Positions 24,360 to 36,694 of a stretch of DNA of 64,000 bases are shown here, one piece after another. The stretch's first letter is position 1, and each line of letters opens with the position of its first letter. A program made the translations under genes and the position numbers. Origin of the DNA: the human T2T-CHM13v2.0 reference genome, Homo sapiens; NCBI RefSeq assembly GCF_009914755.1, contig NC_060931.1; one strand, 5' to 3'. The notes beneath the pieces are model-generated. The model saw only the letters and a list, made by a program, of their open reading frames with translations, was not told where the DNA came from and searched no databases.

Positions 24360-25946
24360 GTCAGCACTGGTGCTATTATTTGCCAGAAAACTTCCATGAG
24401 AATTCCCTGAAGATCAGAGGCTGACTTTCATTATTAGAGCCCATAAGTCCAAAATTAATTGAGTTATTTAAGTGACCATATTTGGAATCTAGTTAGGTTG
24501 TGACTTAATTATGTGAATAATCTTATGTTTTAAGATATTTTTAAGCCATTGGTCTATTATGGCAGTGAATGCCTATTATTACAAAACAAATTTGGCAATA
24601 AGTCATTCAAGGTATGACATAGAATCTCCTCATTAACTGCCCTGCCCAAAAAGGTATTATAAGCCTGCTTTAAAGAGCAGAATAAGTCCCTCTGTAGTGT
24701 ATAATTGTTTAACAGAGGACTCTAACAGTATCACAATCAATTCTATGTAGCATACAGTGTAGTTATGTAATCATTTTAAGCACCAAATCTTTACCTCTGA
24801 AGAATTTTGAAGAATGTCCCATGACATGCCAACAGCTATTTTTCACTGTCATCTTTCTTCATCTGAAAATATGTATTTATGATATTATTAATTTTCACAA
24901 ACTCACTGGTAAAATCAGTCAGCATTTTATCCTAAAAATATAAATCTATAATGTTTTAGTTACATGAAATAACTACAGGTTGTAGAACACACAAAATATA
25001 CTTTGCCCAAATTCTCAAGTATGATAAAAACAAGAAATATTCTCTTATGGATATCTATAGTTTAATAAGAGTAGCATCAGGAGAATCACTTTAAAATTTA
25101 GAATAATCATTTTCTTATGAGAAAAATGTGCTCCCAATGGATTACTTTTAAAAGTAACACAAATAGAGTATTTAAAATGTAATTATATAATAAAATATTG
25201 ATTTATAAAAATGATTACAAGAAAATGTCTCATATATTAACAGAAATGTATCTGTAAATTATCACTTTAGGTAATTCATATTGAATTTTTTTAAATGAAA
25301 TTCCATAAATCTATAATGATTATATATTGCTTATGAAACAAAATGGGCCAAAAAGTTTTTTTTCAAAGTGCCCTGACTACATACAGGAACTATGAACAAC
25401 TTCATCTACTCATTGTAGATATTACAAATATAGCCCACTAGAAGAAATACATGTGGATAATTGAAAATAGAACAGGACCATATTTCAACACAATTCTCAG
25501 TCAAACAAATTCTGCATTATTGACATTTTATGTCTTCTCATGAAGGATATATGTAGAAGTCCATCCCATAACTTATAATATTATTTCCTTTTTTGAGGTT
25601 TTACCTCAATGTAATCTTACACAATAAAGTGCATAAGGATACTAAGCAAATGGACTATTTTTGAGCTCTAAGATACATGAACACACACACACCACACAGA
25701 CACACACATATGTGCATGTGTTCAGGTGTGTATGTGTGTGTATGTATAATCTTGTGCAAAGTTTATCCATGTGATCCCACTGGTAGAATCTGGTAAAAAC
25801 ACAATATCCCTTTGTTAATTAAGGATTATTTCTACAATAAGGGTGTAAAAGCTCAGATTCTTTATTCTTTATCTGGCCTGAAAACCCTGGAAGAGTTTCA
25901 AGGACTATATGAATACTAAATTGTACACCAAAAAATGTATAATACA

Positions 25947-26392
25947 TTTTTTAAATTTTATTATTATTATACTTTAAGTTTTAGGGTACATGTGCACAAT
26001 GCGCAGGTTTGTTACATATGTATGCATGTGCCATGTTGCTGTGCTGCACCCATTAACTCGTCATTTAACATTAGGTATATCTCCTAATGCTATCCCTCCC
26101 CCCTCCCCCCAGCCCACAACAGTCCCCGGAGTGTGATGTTCCCCTTCCTGTGTCCATGTGTTCTCATTGTTCAATTCCCACCTATGAGTGAGAACATGCA
26201 GTGTTTGGTTTTTTGTCCTTGCAATAGTTTGCTGAGAATGATGGTTTCTAGTTTCATCCATGTCTCTACAAAGGACACGAACTCATCATTTTTTATGGCT
26301 GCATAGTATTCCATGGTGTATATGTGCCACATTTTCTTAATCCATCTATCGTTGTTGGACATTTAGGTTGGTTCCAAGTCTGCTATTGTGAA
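25947..26392 (-). mobile_element. 5'-truncated L1PA 3' end
   Basis: TTATACTTTAAGTTTTAGGGTACATGTGCAC...; antisense ORF WIKKMWHIYTMEYYAAIK is the L1 ORF2 C-terminus. Confidence 0.95.
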
Positions 26393-26969
26393 TAATAAAT
26401 TTTTATAGACAGAAGTACCCATAAAGTTTTCAAATATGTCTGTGTAATATTAAAATTAAGTACCACTTTTCAAGCCATATAATCTTATTACTTTTATTAC
26501 ATCAGCAATGTGGCTTAGTTAACTACTGAACAAAGTGGAAGAAGGAGATAAGAGGCTTACATAAGTTAATAGCTTGGCCCTGAGGAAAGAAAATTCGACA
26601 TATACTTCCTGGAATTTCTTGATAATTGATATATTTTCTCCTTAGCACTTATCACCCCCTGACATAGTATACATTTGTATTTGTTTATCATAGCCACTAG
26701 AATAACATTTCTAAGAGAAGAATATATTTATTGCACAATGTCTAGAAAAGTGATGCATACTAAATGTGTAATAAATTATTATTGAGTGAGTGGAGGCTCT
26801 ACTGAGAAAAGTTTGCTAGAGAAAACAATATGGTAATTAACTCATGATCGCAAACAACTTTAAAATGCAAGGACTTTAAACCATATAGCCAAGGGCTAGA
26901 GCCAAAAATAACTGGAGGCCCACAAACTACAGAGAAAATAGCATGTAAGGGAAATGCTTGAAATGTTTC

Positions 26970-27516
26970 CGTGGCAGTTTGTTTTCAATATGTCCATGAT
27001 CCATCTCCCATCCTGCATCCAGAATTGGAGTCTATTCCTCTCCACCTCGCATCTGGGATGTAACTTGATGGACAAATGGAATGGGTGAAAGTGACATCCT
27101 GGGACTCCTAAGGCTGGATTAGAAGAATCCTTTCATCTTTCTCCTGGACCTACTGGAGTATTTTCTCTAGGAAAAGCAAATTAATGTATAAGAAGTCCAA
27201 CTACCCTGAAACTGCCATGTGATGAGACATACAAGCTATATGACAAACCAGGAATATTAAGACACTGTGTGGAAAGAAAGAAAAGTCAAAGAGAATTGAG
27301 GCACTAGATATTTGAATGAAATGATCATTTTGGAATTGGTGTCTCCAGCTCCACGTGTTCAGCTGATACCACCATGGATCAGAAACAAGCCACTCAGTCA
27401 AGATTTTACAGAATTCCTGATGCACATATCATAAGAAAAATTGTTTTTCAAAAATAGGTGTTTTGAGCCTCAAAATGTTGGGGCAGTATGTTACACCAAA
27501 ATAAATAAGTGAAACC
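26970..27516 (+). mobile_element. MLT1 (old MaLR) LTR
   Basis: GAGTCTATTCCTCTCCACC, CTACCCTGAAACTGCCATG, and end TTGGGGCAGTATGTTACACCAAAATAAATAAG resemble MLT1 G/H-type LTRs. Confidence 0.6.
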
Positions 27517-29149
27517 ATTTTTAATACCACTCAGAAGAGAGGGAGAATTTATTTCACATTAAATTATGCAACATATGCCAACTATACTGGAATTTTGGCA
27601 CATATTTAACAGGATATTCTGATTTAAAGGCTAAACTACAAAGAAACTTATGACCAAAAGAGTTTGACTGTTGGATCAAAGAACACATTAGGGACTCAGA
27701 TATTGCTTTGACATATATTTGTATCTTGTTGTCTTGTTTTCTTGCATCGTTTAGGTATAATAATCATAAAACAGGCCCATTGCCCTGTACTGACTCCACT
27801 AATGTTTTATTTATGGTATCAAGGCCTTTTCCTTGCCTTTTAGCTGGGCTCTACAGGGATATCTCAATGAATTTTTAATATTCATTTTTACCCTTTTTTA
27901 AAGCAGAGCTACAAGTGAGTCTCACAGAGGGTTATGCTGAGCAACGAGGTGTTTGTCAGGCTGCCACATGAGTCATTTTTTTCCAATGACAAAGCAGGTG
28001 GCTGCCCTGGAGGGGAACATAAAAGGTATCTCAGTAATCATGTCCTACTTGAGTTGCCTACACATTGCTGACTCAACAGCTGCCTCTATCCAGAAGAAAA
28101 CAAGGCAGGAGATAAAATATAAACTAAAAACAACCGATCAAAAGAAAAAAGATGTAATAAAACCACCACTGAAACAATTGCCTTTTTTTCTTTCAAACAA
28201 TGATTTTTGAGCACACATGCTTTAAATGAAAATCTATAAGACAAATTACAAACAGGAATCTTTACACTTTGCAGGATGTTGGATCTCATGTTTTATCAGC
28301 AAAACCTGCTAGGAAAATTGCAATCACATAATCCTCTAATCCTTTCTTGTTTACTGAATGGAATATTTAAACCCAGAAGGATTCAAGAAGTTCTGAATTG
28401 GGTCTCAGGCCAAGATCTGAGTCAGAAATTTTCAGGCCATATACTTAGCACATGATTTGCTGCCAGCATTATTACATAGGAGAAATTGCAACTTCTGAAA
28501 AAAAAAAAAAAAACTGATAGCAGATACTAAATAGAAACGTGTCCTTCTCTTCTTTAATCCAGTAGTGAGTTAGGAAAGTTTCTCTAGTAGAATGTGGGGC
28601 CTTTTTAGGAATCAACATGGTCTATGAACACACAAGTAGGCTTCTTAGACAGCAGAGTTTTCTGTGTCTCATAACATGATATATAAATTGTTTTTTAAAA
28701 GATGTGAAATTACATGAAAATATTGGAATTTCTGGAATAATCCAAGATAATACTGAGAAGAAGAGTGATTGATTCTCTCCTAGATCACCCTGAAGTAAAG
28801 GAACAAGAACATCTGTGTTGATAGAAGCCATTGATATTACGTTCCTACCTGAGACTAGGAGATGTGCCTATGGTTATGCATAAGGTCTTCTATCTGGGAG
28901 TGACCACCAAAATGTCTTTGAAATCATGATATAAAAAGACTAGTAACAGGACTTGGAGGAAAAATTGAGGAAGGAAGAATAGGGAAAGAGGGCACAGGCA
29001 AATCCATGAAAGAGCACCAGGACCATGAATCAATGCCACTGTTTCTTCCACTGATGGTCTAAAAACAAAAGAACAGAAAGCATCCCTGTAGGTTAATTGA
29101 ATATTTCTAATGTTTCCATGTCATATTTATCATTTCCTGACAAAATCGT

Positions 29150-29720
29150 TTTGCAAACTTGACCATGAATTCTTATGATTCCAACTATCCCATGGTTTGC
29201 CATCATTTCTAAAACAAAATCAAACATCTTCACTGCAGAAATAAGAGCTTGCATGATCATACCCTAAATTTCTTTATTCAGCCTTTAAAAATTGTTCCTA
29301 GAAACAAGCCACACTGGTCACAGCAACATTAGCTGATATTCAGTCTCTCTGTCTCAAGACCCTCACATAGGTTATTCATTCCACTTAATCACCCTTTCAG
29401 TGACCTACCACTGCTGCCTTTTGTCAGTGCCCAATAAATACAACTTTACCAGTGTAAATTGTTTTCTTCTTCGATTATCAAAGCATCAAGTAGAGTCAGA
29501 CACTCAAGGAAAACTTCTCCAACCCTCTCAGAATGTGTTAACCACCTCCATTCCCAATATTCACTAGATCCTACTTTGTTATGATTAACAGTATGTTTAA
29601 TGTTCATTTTATCCCGCTGAAATGTCAACTCCATAAAGGCAGAGATCATGCCTGTCATCTTAATCAGAATATCCTAAAGTCAAACAGGAGGTACGGAATA
29701 ATTAGAAGGTAATAACTATT
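29150..29720 (+). mobile_element. Degenerate L2 LINE 3' region
   Basis: AATGTCAACTCCATAAAGGCAGAGATCATGCCTGTC is typical of the L2 3' end. Confidence 0.5.
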
Positions 29721-29939
29721 AGTTAATTGGTGACAATAGTTAAATACAAAAATCTTAAATATACTTTTTAACAATAAAAGATTAAAAAGGCTACTAAGAA
29801 ACGTGTTCATTTCTATAATGATTCTTATCATAAGTACAATCATAAGGAGAGTAGTATTGTTTACAGTTTTAAAAAATTTATTTATTTATTTTAAATTAAG
29901 CATGAAATTTATATATACTCTCAGAAAAACATTAGAGGA

Positions 29940-30125
29940 ATGCAGCCCTATAGAACTTGCTGCAGTGATAAAAGCATTCTATGTATGCATCATAGCTACA
30001 AGGTCCATGTGCCTAGTGAGCATTTGAGATGTGGCTAGTGAGAATGAGAAACTGATTTTTAAGTTTTATTTAATTATAATTAACTTAAAAGCAACAGGGA
30101 GTAGTGCGTACAATATCAGAGAGCT
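29940..30125. mobile_element. MER3-like hAT-Charlie DNA transposon remnant
   Basis: GAGCATTTGAGATGTGGCTAGTGAGAATGAGAAACTGATTTTTAAGTTTTATTTAATT. Confidence 0.65.
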
Positions 30126-31482
30126 AAACAATGGATGAATGTGTATAATAAATATTCCTTAATAGTTGCATTTTTAAAGCGCAAAGAGCAGAAGTCAAAT
30201 TTCATGGAGATGATGGCAAGAAAGAAATACTCATACTCTGATTAAAATATTGAAATATAATGGAAATAGCATTGAGGAATCCTCAGTGGAGTTAGTTTCT
30301 TCTCACTTGTAACAACCTCGGGAGGCAGGTGAATAAATAAGTTATTTTTACATGTTAAGAAATACTACATTTTGGCAGTGCTCCATCAAAGTTTCTATGA
30401 ATAATTACTAATAATTTTATTTAAATTTATACTGAGCTAGTAAATATTTGCATTTAAATTATTGACCATTTACCAGTTTTTTTACATTGTGGGCCAGATC
30501 CTTACCTTATATTGCAAACCTGCCTCATTTTGGAGACACATGTCTGAACATAGCACTCCCTGCACTTCTGCGCGTATATTTGAACTTTGTCAACATGCCA
30601 TTGATAAAGGACAATCATAGCTCTGCAATAAGGCTTATTAATATTCAGAACAACACATGTCTGCTCATGTAAAAATGTAGAAGTAATATCCTTCTACGGA
30701 ACCTGAGTGCCATGCTCAATTAAAAGGCAAGCACAATTCCAGCACATCTGCTGGGTGCATATTCTGGTCACAGACTAATAGTCAATTGTGCAATGACAAA
30801 TAAATGTATAACATACCATGGTAAGATAAATCTATATTTTAGAAATTCTTCAGTAGTTTTAAATGTTAAGCCTTTGTGTCTGAATTTTTATTTTTATCAC
30901 AGAAAGTAAACAGTTCTGTGATGCTCTTAGTGACCTGACTTAAAACCACATGTCTTATTATTTCTCTTTCAAGCTGATTTATCAGTTTAATTGAAGAGTC
31001 CAAACATGAGCCATTAAAATACAACTTCTTATCCTTGTGAAACAGAATTTTTCTCCATGGTCTACAAGCCAAAAATAGCCCAATCAATTGTATTACATTT
31101 TTTTATTATCTTCTAGGCTGGATCTACGTTTTGATGTATATGTAAAAAATCTAATTTTTCTTGACAAACACTTTAATGTGTAAATGCTGTGTTCCTTTAC
31201 ATTGATAAGCCTAATTTATTCTAATAAAATTCATTTTAAATACGGAAACCAGATTTATTTCAACAAAACATCACTTTTATATTTAGGGATTTCCACTTGT
31301 AGTGGGTATGAACTTTTCTCTCCAACCTGAGATATAAAATCACACATTTCTTTTGTTTCTTTAAAATCCTATTTTTTCTCTCAAAACTACTAAAATGTGA
31401 AGAAACTTTATCTCGATGATTATTTGGTTGTTGTCCTTGGTAGAATAAAAAAAAAAAACTTGCTGACATTATTGTTATAATT

Positions 31483-32853
31483 TGATATGGTTTGGCTGTG
31501 TCCCCACCCAAATCTCATCTTGACTTGTAGCTCCCATAATTCCCATGTGTCATGGTAGGGGTCCAGCGGGAGGTAATTGAATCATGGGGGTGAGTCTTTC
31601 CCATGCTATTCTCATGATACTGAACAATCTTAGGTGATTTGATGATTTTATAAATGAGAGTTCCCCTGCACACGCTGTCTTTGCCAGCCACCATGTAAGA
31701 CATTCTTCTGCTCTTCCTTCATCTTTCACTGTGATCATAAGGCCTCCCCAGCCATGTGAAACTGGGAGTCCATTAAACCTCTTTCCTTTATGAATTAACC
31801 AGTCTCAGGTTTTTCTTCATTAGCAGCATGAGAATGGATCAATAGAGTAAATTGGTACTGGCAGAGTGGGGTGCTGCCGTAAAGATATTCAAAAATATGG
31901 AAGAAACTTTGGAACTGGCTAACAGGTAGAGTTTGGAAGAGTTTGGAGGGCTCAGAAGAATATAAGAAAATGTGGGAAAGTTTGAAACTTCCTAAAGACT
32001 TCTTGAATGGCTTTCACCAAAATGCTGATGGTGATATGAACAATAAAGTCCAGGCTGAGGTGGTCTCAGATGGAGTTGAGGAACTTGTTGGGAATGGAGT
32101 AACTGTCACTCTTGCTATGCAAAGAGACTGGTGGCATTTTTCCCCTGCCCTGGAGATCTGTTGAACTTTGAACTTGAGAGAGATGATTTAGGGTATCTGG
32201 TGGAAAAAGTTTCTAAGGGACAAAGTGTTCAAGAGGAAGCCGAGCATAAAAGTTTGAAGAATTTGCAGACTGATGATGCAATTTCTTCTGGGGAGAAAAT
32301 CAAGCCCACAGTAGAAATTTGCATAAGTAATGAGAAGCCAAATGCTAATTGCCAAGACAAATGGGGAAAATGTCTTCAGGGCATGTCAGAGATCTTCCTG
32401 GCAGCATCTCTCATCACAGGCCCAGAGGCCTAAGATGGTCCAGGGCCTCTGTGTTTTGTGCAGCCTAGGGACTTGGTGCTCTGTGTCCCAGCCACTCCAG
32501 CCATGGCTAAAAGGGGCCAAGGTACAGCTCAGGCCATGGCTTCAGAGGGTGCAAGTTGCAAGCCTTGACAGCTTCCACATGGTGTTGGGCCTGCAGGTGC
32601 ACAGATGTCAAGAACTGAGGTTTGGGAACCTCTGCCTAGATTTCAGAGGATGTATGGAAATGTCTGCATGTATAGGCAGAAGTGCTTTGCAAGGCTGGAA
32701 CCCTCATGGAGAACCTCTGCTAGGGCAGTGCAAAAGGGAAATGTGGGGTCAAAGCCCCCACACAGAGTCCCCACTGGGTCACTACCTAGTGGAGCTGTGA
32801 GAAGAGGGCCACCATCCTCCAGACCCTCCAGACCCCAGAATGGTAGGTCCACC
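31483..32853 (+). mobile_element. THE1 5' LTR (31483-31846) plus THE1-internal, 3'-truncated
   Basis: TGATATGGTTTGGCTGTGTCCCCACCCAAATCTC start; internal GTAAATTGGTAC...AACTTTGGAACTGG...CCAGAATGGTAGGTCCACC; no 3' LTR. Confidence 0.92.
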
Positions 32854-34140
32854 ACAGTGGAGGTTACTGAGAGCAGTCAAAGGCTGCTTACTGTAAGCTT
32901 AAACAAGAGAACTTGATCAATTTTCCCCTCCACAAGATATCACACTGATCCATTATGTGCAGGAAAGAGAGATCAGATTTTACTGTGTCTATGTAGAAAA
33001 AGGAAGACATAAGAAACTCCATTTTGATCTGTACTAAGAAAAATTCTTCTGCCTTGAGATGCTATTAATCTGTAACCCTAGCCCCAACCCTGTGCTCACA
33101 GAAACATGTGCTGTGTTGACTCAAGGTTTAATGGATTTAGGGCTGTGCAGGATATGCTTTGTTAAAAATGTGTTTGCAAGCAGTATGCTTGGTACAAGTC
33201 ATCGCCATTCTCCAGTTTTGAGTATCCAGGGACAAAATGCACTACGGAAGGACACAGGGACCTCTGCCCAAGAAAGCCTGGGTATTATCCAAAGTTTCTC
33301 CCCACTGAGATAGCCTGAGATATGGCCTTGTGAGAAGGGAAAGACCTGACCGTCCCCCAGCCCAACACCCATAAAAGGTCTGTGATGAGGAGGATTAGTG
33401 AAAGAGGAAGACCTCTTTGCAGTTGAGATAAGAGGAAAGCATCTGTCTCCTGCTCATCCCTGGGAATGGAATGTCTCGGTGTAAAACCCAATCGTACATT
33501 CTATTTACTGAGATAGGAAAAAACAGCCTTATGGCTAGAGGTGAGACATGCTGGCAGCAATACTGCTCTTTACTGCACTGAGATGTTTGTATAAAGTCAA
33601 ACATAAATCTGGCCTATGTGCACATCCAGGTGCAGCACCTTTCCTTAAACTTGTTTATGACACAGAGTCCTTTGTTCACATGTTTTCCTGCTGTCCCTCT
33701 CCCCACCATTACCCTATAGTCCTGCCACATCCCCCTCTCCGAGATAATAGAGATAGTGGTCAATAAATAACGAGATAACTCAGAGACCAGTGCCGGTGTG
33801 GGTCCTCTGTATGCCGAGCACCGGTCCCCTGGGCCCACTTTTCTTCCTCTATACTTTGTCTCTGTGTCTTATTTCTTTTCTCAGTCTCTTGTCTCCACCT
33901 TGCGAAAAATACCCACAGGTGTGGAGAGGCAGGCCCCCTTCACTTTACATTGATGACATTATGCTGATTGGATCCAGTGAGTGAGAAGTAGAAAACATAC
34001 TGGACTTATTAGTGAGACATTTGCATGCCAGAGGATGGGAAATAAATTAGACTAAAATTCAGTAAACTTCTACCTCAGTAAAATTTCTAGGGGTCCAGTG
34101 GTGTGGGGCCTGACGAGATAGTCCTTCTAAGGTGAAGGAT
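32853..34140 (+). pseudogene. pol: HERV-L RT segment in + orientation, interrupted by LTR5
   Basis: CCACAAGATATCACACTGATCCATTA|CATTGATGACATTATGCTGATTGGA = PQDITLIHY|IDDIMLIG, then VKFLGVQW. Confidence 0.85.
32956..33942 (+). mobile_element. HERV-K(HML-2) solo LTR, LTR5B-like
   Basis: TGTG..GAAAGAGAGATCAGAT..GAAACTCCATTTTGATCTGTACTAAG...CCCACAGGTGTGGAGAGGCAGGCCCCCTTCA; 987 bp; TSD CATTA/CTTTA. Confidence 0.92.
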
Positions 34141-36340
34141 CAAGTTCTTTCCAAACAAGAGTTATGACACAAAGACGGAGAGTTGATATACCCCTGGTAG
34201 GACAGTAAAGGTATACTGCTGGCCTTGCCAGCTGAAGGCAAATTGCTTCTGGTGGACCTTACGGACAGGAATGGAGAAAAAGGCATTTGCCAAATCAGTC
34301 ACTGCATACCAAGTACCAGATGTGTTAAGTTGCTTAAGCAATGAAACAAAATCTGGTCCAGCAGCTGCAATTGGAGTCACCACTTGTTTAAACTTACAGT
34401 AATCCACTGTCATTCTCCAAGATCCATCTCTCTTCTGCACAGGCCAAATAGGAGAGTTGAATGGTAATGCAATGGAAATCACCACCCCCGCCTCTTTCAA
34501 GTCCTTGATGGTGATACTGATCTCTGCAATCCCTCCAGGGATGCAATATTGTTTTTGATTTACTAATGGCTTCCATTTGGCATTTCCCACCATAATAGCC
34601 CTCATCCTACCGGTCAGGGAGCCAATACTGGGATGCTGCCAGCTGCTAATATGTCTGTGCCAATTATGCATTCTGGCACTGGGGAAATGACCACAGGCTG
34701 TCTGGGGACCCAGTGGACCCACCGCAAATCAAACCCAAGCTAAAACTACATTAATTACTTGACCTCCATAAGCCCATACTTCAAATGGAGGACCATAATG
34801 ATGTTTTGGGTCCCTTGGAATCAACGTCAGCTCAGAGCCAGTGTCCAGTAGTCCCAGAAATGTCTGAACATTTCCGTTTCCCCAGTGCACAGTTACCCTG
34901 GTAAAAGGCTGTAGGTCCTCTTGGGGAAAGATTGGAGAAAGATTTACTGCATAAATTGTTGATAGTGTAATAGGGTCCTTCCTCAAGGGGACCTGGCCCC
35001 CCATTCATTCAAGGGGCTCTGGGTCTGTAAACTGGCTGAAGTCTGGAAATTGATTAAAGGATCTTGATTTTCGGTTTCTATAATTCAAATTAGTCTTTAG
35101 TCCACTTGGCCTGAAAGTTTTCTGCTTATATAAATTAAATAAGAATGCAGTAGGCTTTCTATCAGTTTCACTTCTAGGAACAACGTGATTAATCAGCCAA
35201 TGCCAGAGCTCTACACAAGTCAGGCTATTCTGATTGCTGCTTTGCCTCTGCTGTCCATTACGGTAGCTACGTCCACCTTGCCTTTGATGGTTGAGTGTCA
35301 CCACTTGGCCCCTGCCACCTTGGGATCCAATTATTCCCTTTACATTTAAATTTTGTAGTTGAGTGACTGTGGTTCCTACTGTAAGATCTGGCAAACAGAG
35401 AAGAGCAGTCACAGAGCTTTTTAAGGATGCAGGTGCTCCCCTCACAAATCTATTTTGCAAAGTATTGGTCAAAGGTATATCTTCTGGACCCTCCAAGCTG
35501 GAATGATTAGGACTAAAGTGACTAATCCACTCCAGCATCCCCATCTCCCTAAGCCTCTGGATCCCTTCTTCTACGTTAAACCAAGGAAGATCAGGCATTT
35601 TCAGCTCACTCACAGTGGGCCGTCTTTTAAGTCATAATTCATCTAACCAAGCAAATAAAATATTAGAACCTTTTTTTAACTACCTGAGCTGCAATGTTAA
35701 ATGCAAAATCTGTGCTGAGTGGGCCCAAATCCATAAATTCAGCCTGATTCAACTCTATATTCCTTCCACTATTATCCCACACTCTTAATATCCATTGCCA
35801 TGCCTGCTCTCCAGATTTCTGCTTATATAAACTAGAAAACTCAAGCAGTTATTTTTGAGAGTAGCACACCTCCTCATGGGTCACACTCTCAACCTCACCT
35901 GTAGGGGCTTGCTGGGAGTTTAGCCTGGTTATAGGACTAGAAGCAAACAGGGGTGCTCGGGGTAAGTCCTGAAGAGAATCAACATTGTCTTGCCTCACAA
36001 CTTGCTCAGGAGAGGCCATCACTGTTGCCTCAGCCATGCAGGGTTTATTTCCTCAGACAAAGGTGGAAAGGCTGATGACAGCATGGGTCAGGAAGGGGAT
36101 GTTGCCACTACCAGGGATGGGGAAACTCTTTCTTCTGGCAAAAAAGGTTCATCGGAGTTTACAAGCTCAGTGTTCTTAGCTTCATTAGGGTCCTCCCACA
36201 CATCCCATTACAAGTTGCAGGGTCCCATTCTTTACCAACTGATGCCCTCACTTTAACAGTAGACACCTGGTGAGGCTGTGAGTGCACCTTTAATTGCAGC
36301 TCAGCCACTTGCATAATAACAGCCTGATTCTTCATTATCT
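34141..36340 (-). pseudogene. HERV-L (ERVL) gag-pro-RT N-terminal remnant
   Basis: Minus-strand ORFs: gag (LKMPDLPWFNVEEGIQRLRE), protease (LLDTGSELT), RT (FNSPIWPVQK..WRMTVDY..DLANAFFSIP). Confidence 0.92.
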
Positions 36341-36478
36341 GTCTTGTCATTTTCTTATTGTGACATATAATTTTTTGGTTTTGAATAAAAAAATTTTCAC
36401 TGAGCCTGTTGCTTAGGTTTCATTTATATAATGGTGTATATCAAAAAACAGACCATTTTAATTTTGATAAAATCCTAT

Positions 36479-36690
36479 TGTGATGGTTAATACTGAGTGT
36501 CAACTTGACTGGATTGAAGGATGCAAAGTATTGTTCCTGGGTGCGACTGTGAGAGTGTTGTCAAAGGAGATTAACATTCGAGTCAGTGGACTGAGAGAGG
36601 CAGACCCACCCTTAATCTGGGTGAATACCATCTAAACAGCTGCCAGCACAGCCAGAATAAAAAGCAGGCAGAAGAATGTGAAGAGATGAG
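36479..36690 (+). mobile_element. MLT2A (HERV-L LTR) 5' fragment
   Basis: TGTGATGGTTAATACTGAGTGTCAACTTGACTGGATTGAAGGATGCAAAGTATTG; truncated by an L1. Confidence 0.85.
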
Positions 36691-36694
36691 ACCT

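Noticed and set aside
31943-32916. Cluster of 70-156 aa ORFs as a host gene
   Set aside because: All lie in THE1-internal sequence in shifting frames; remnants of the MaLR ORF
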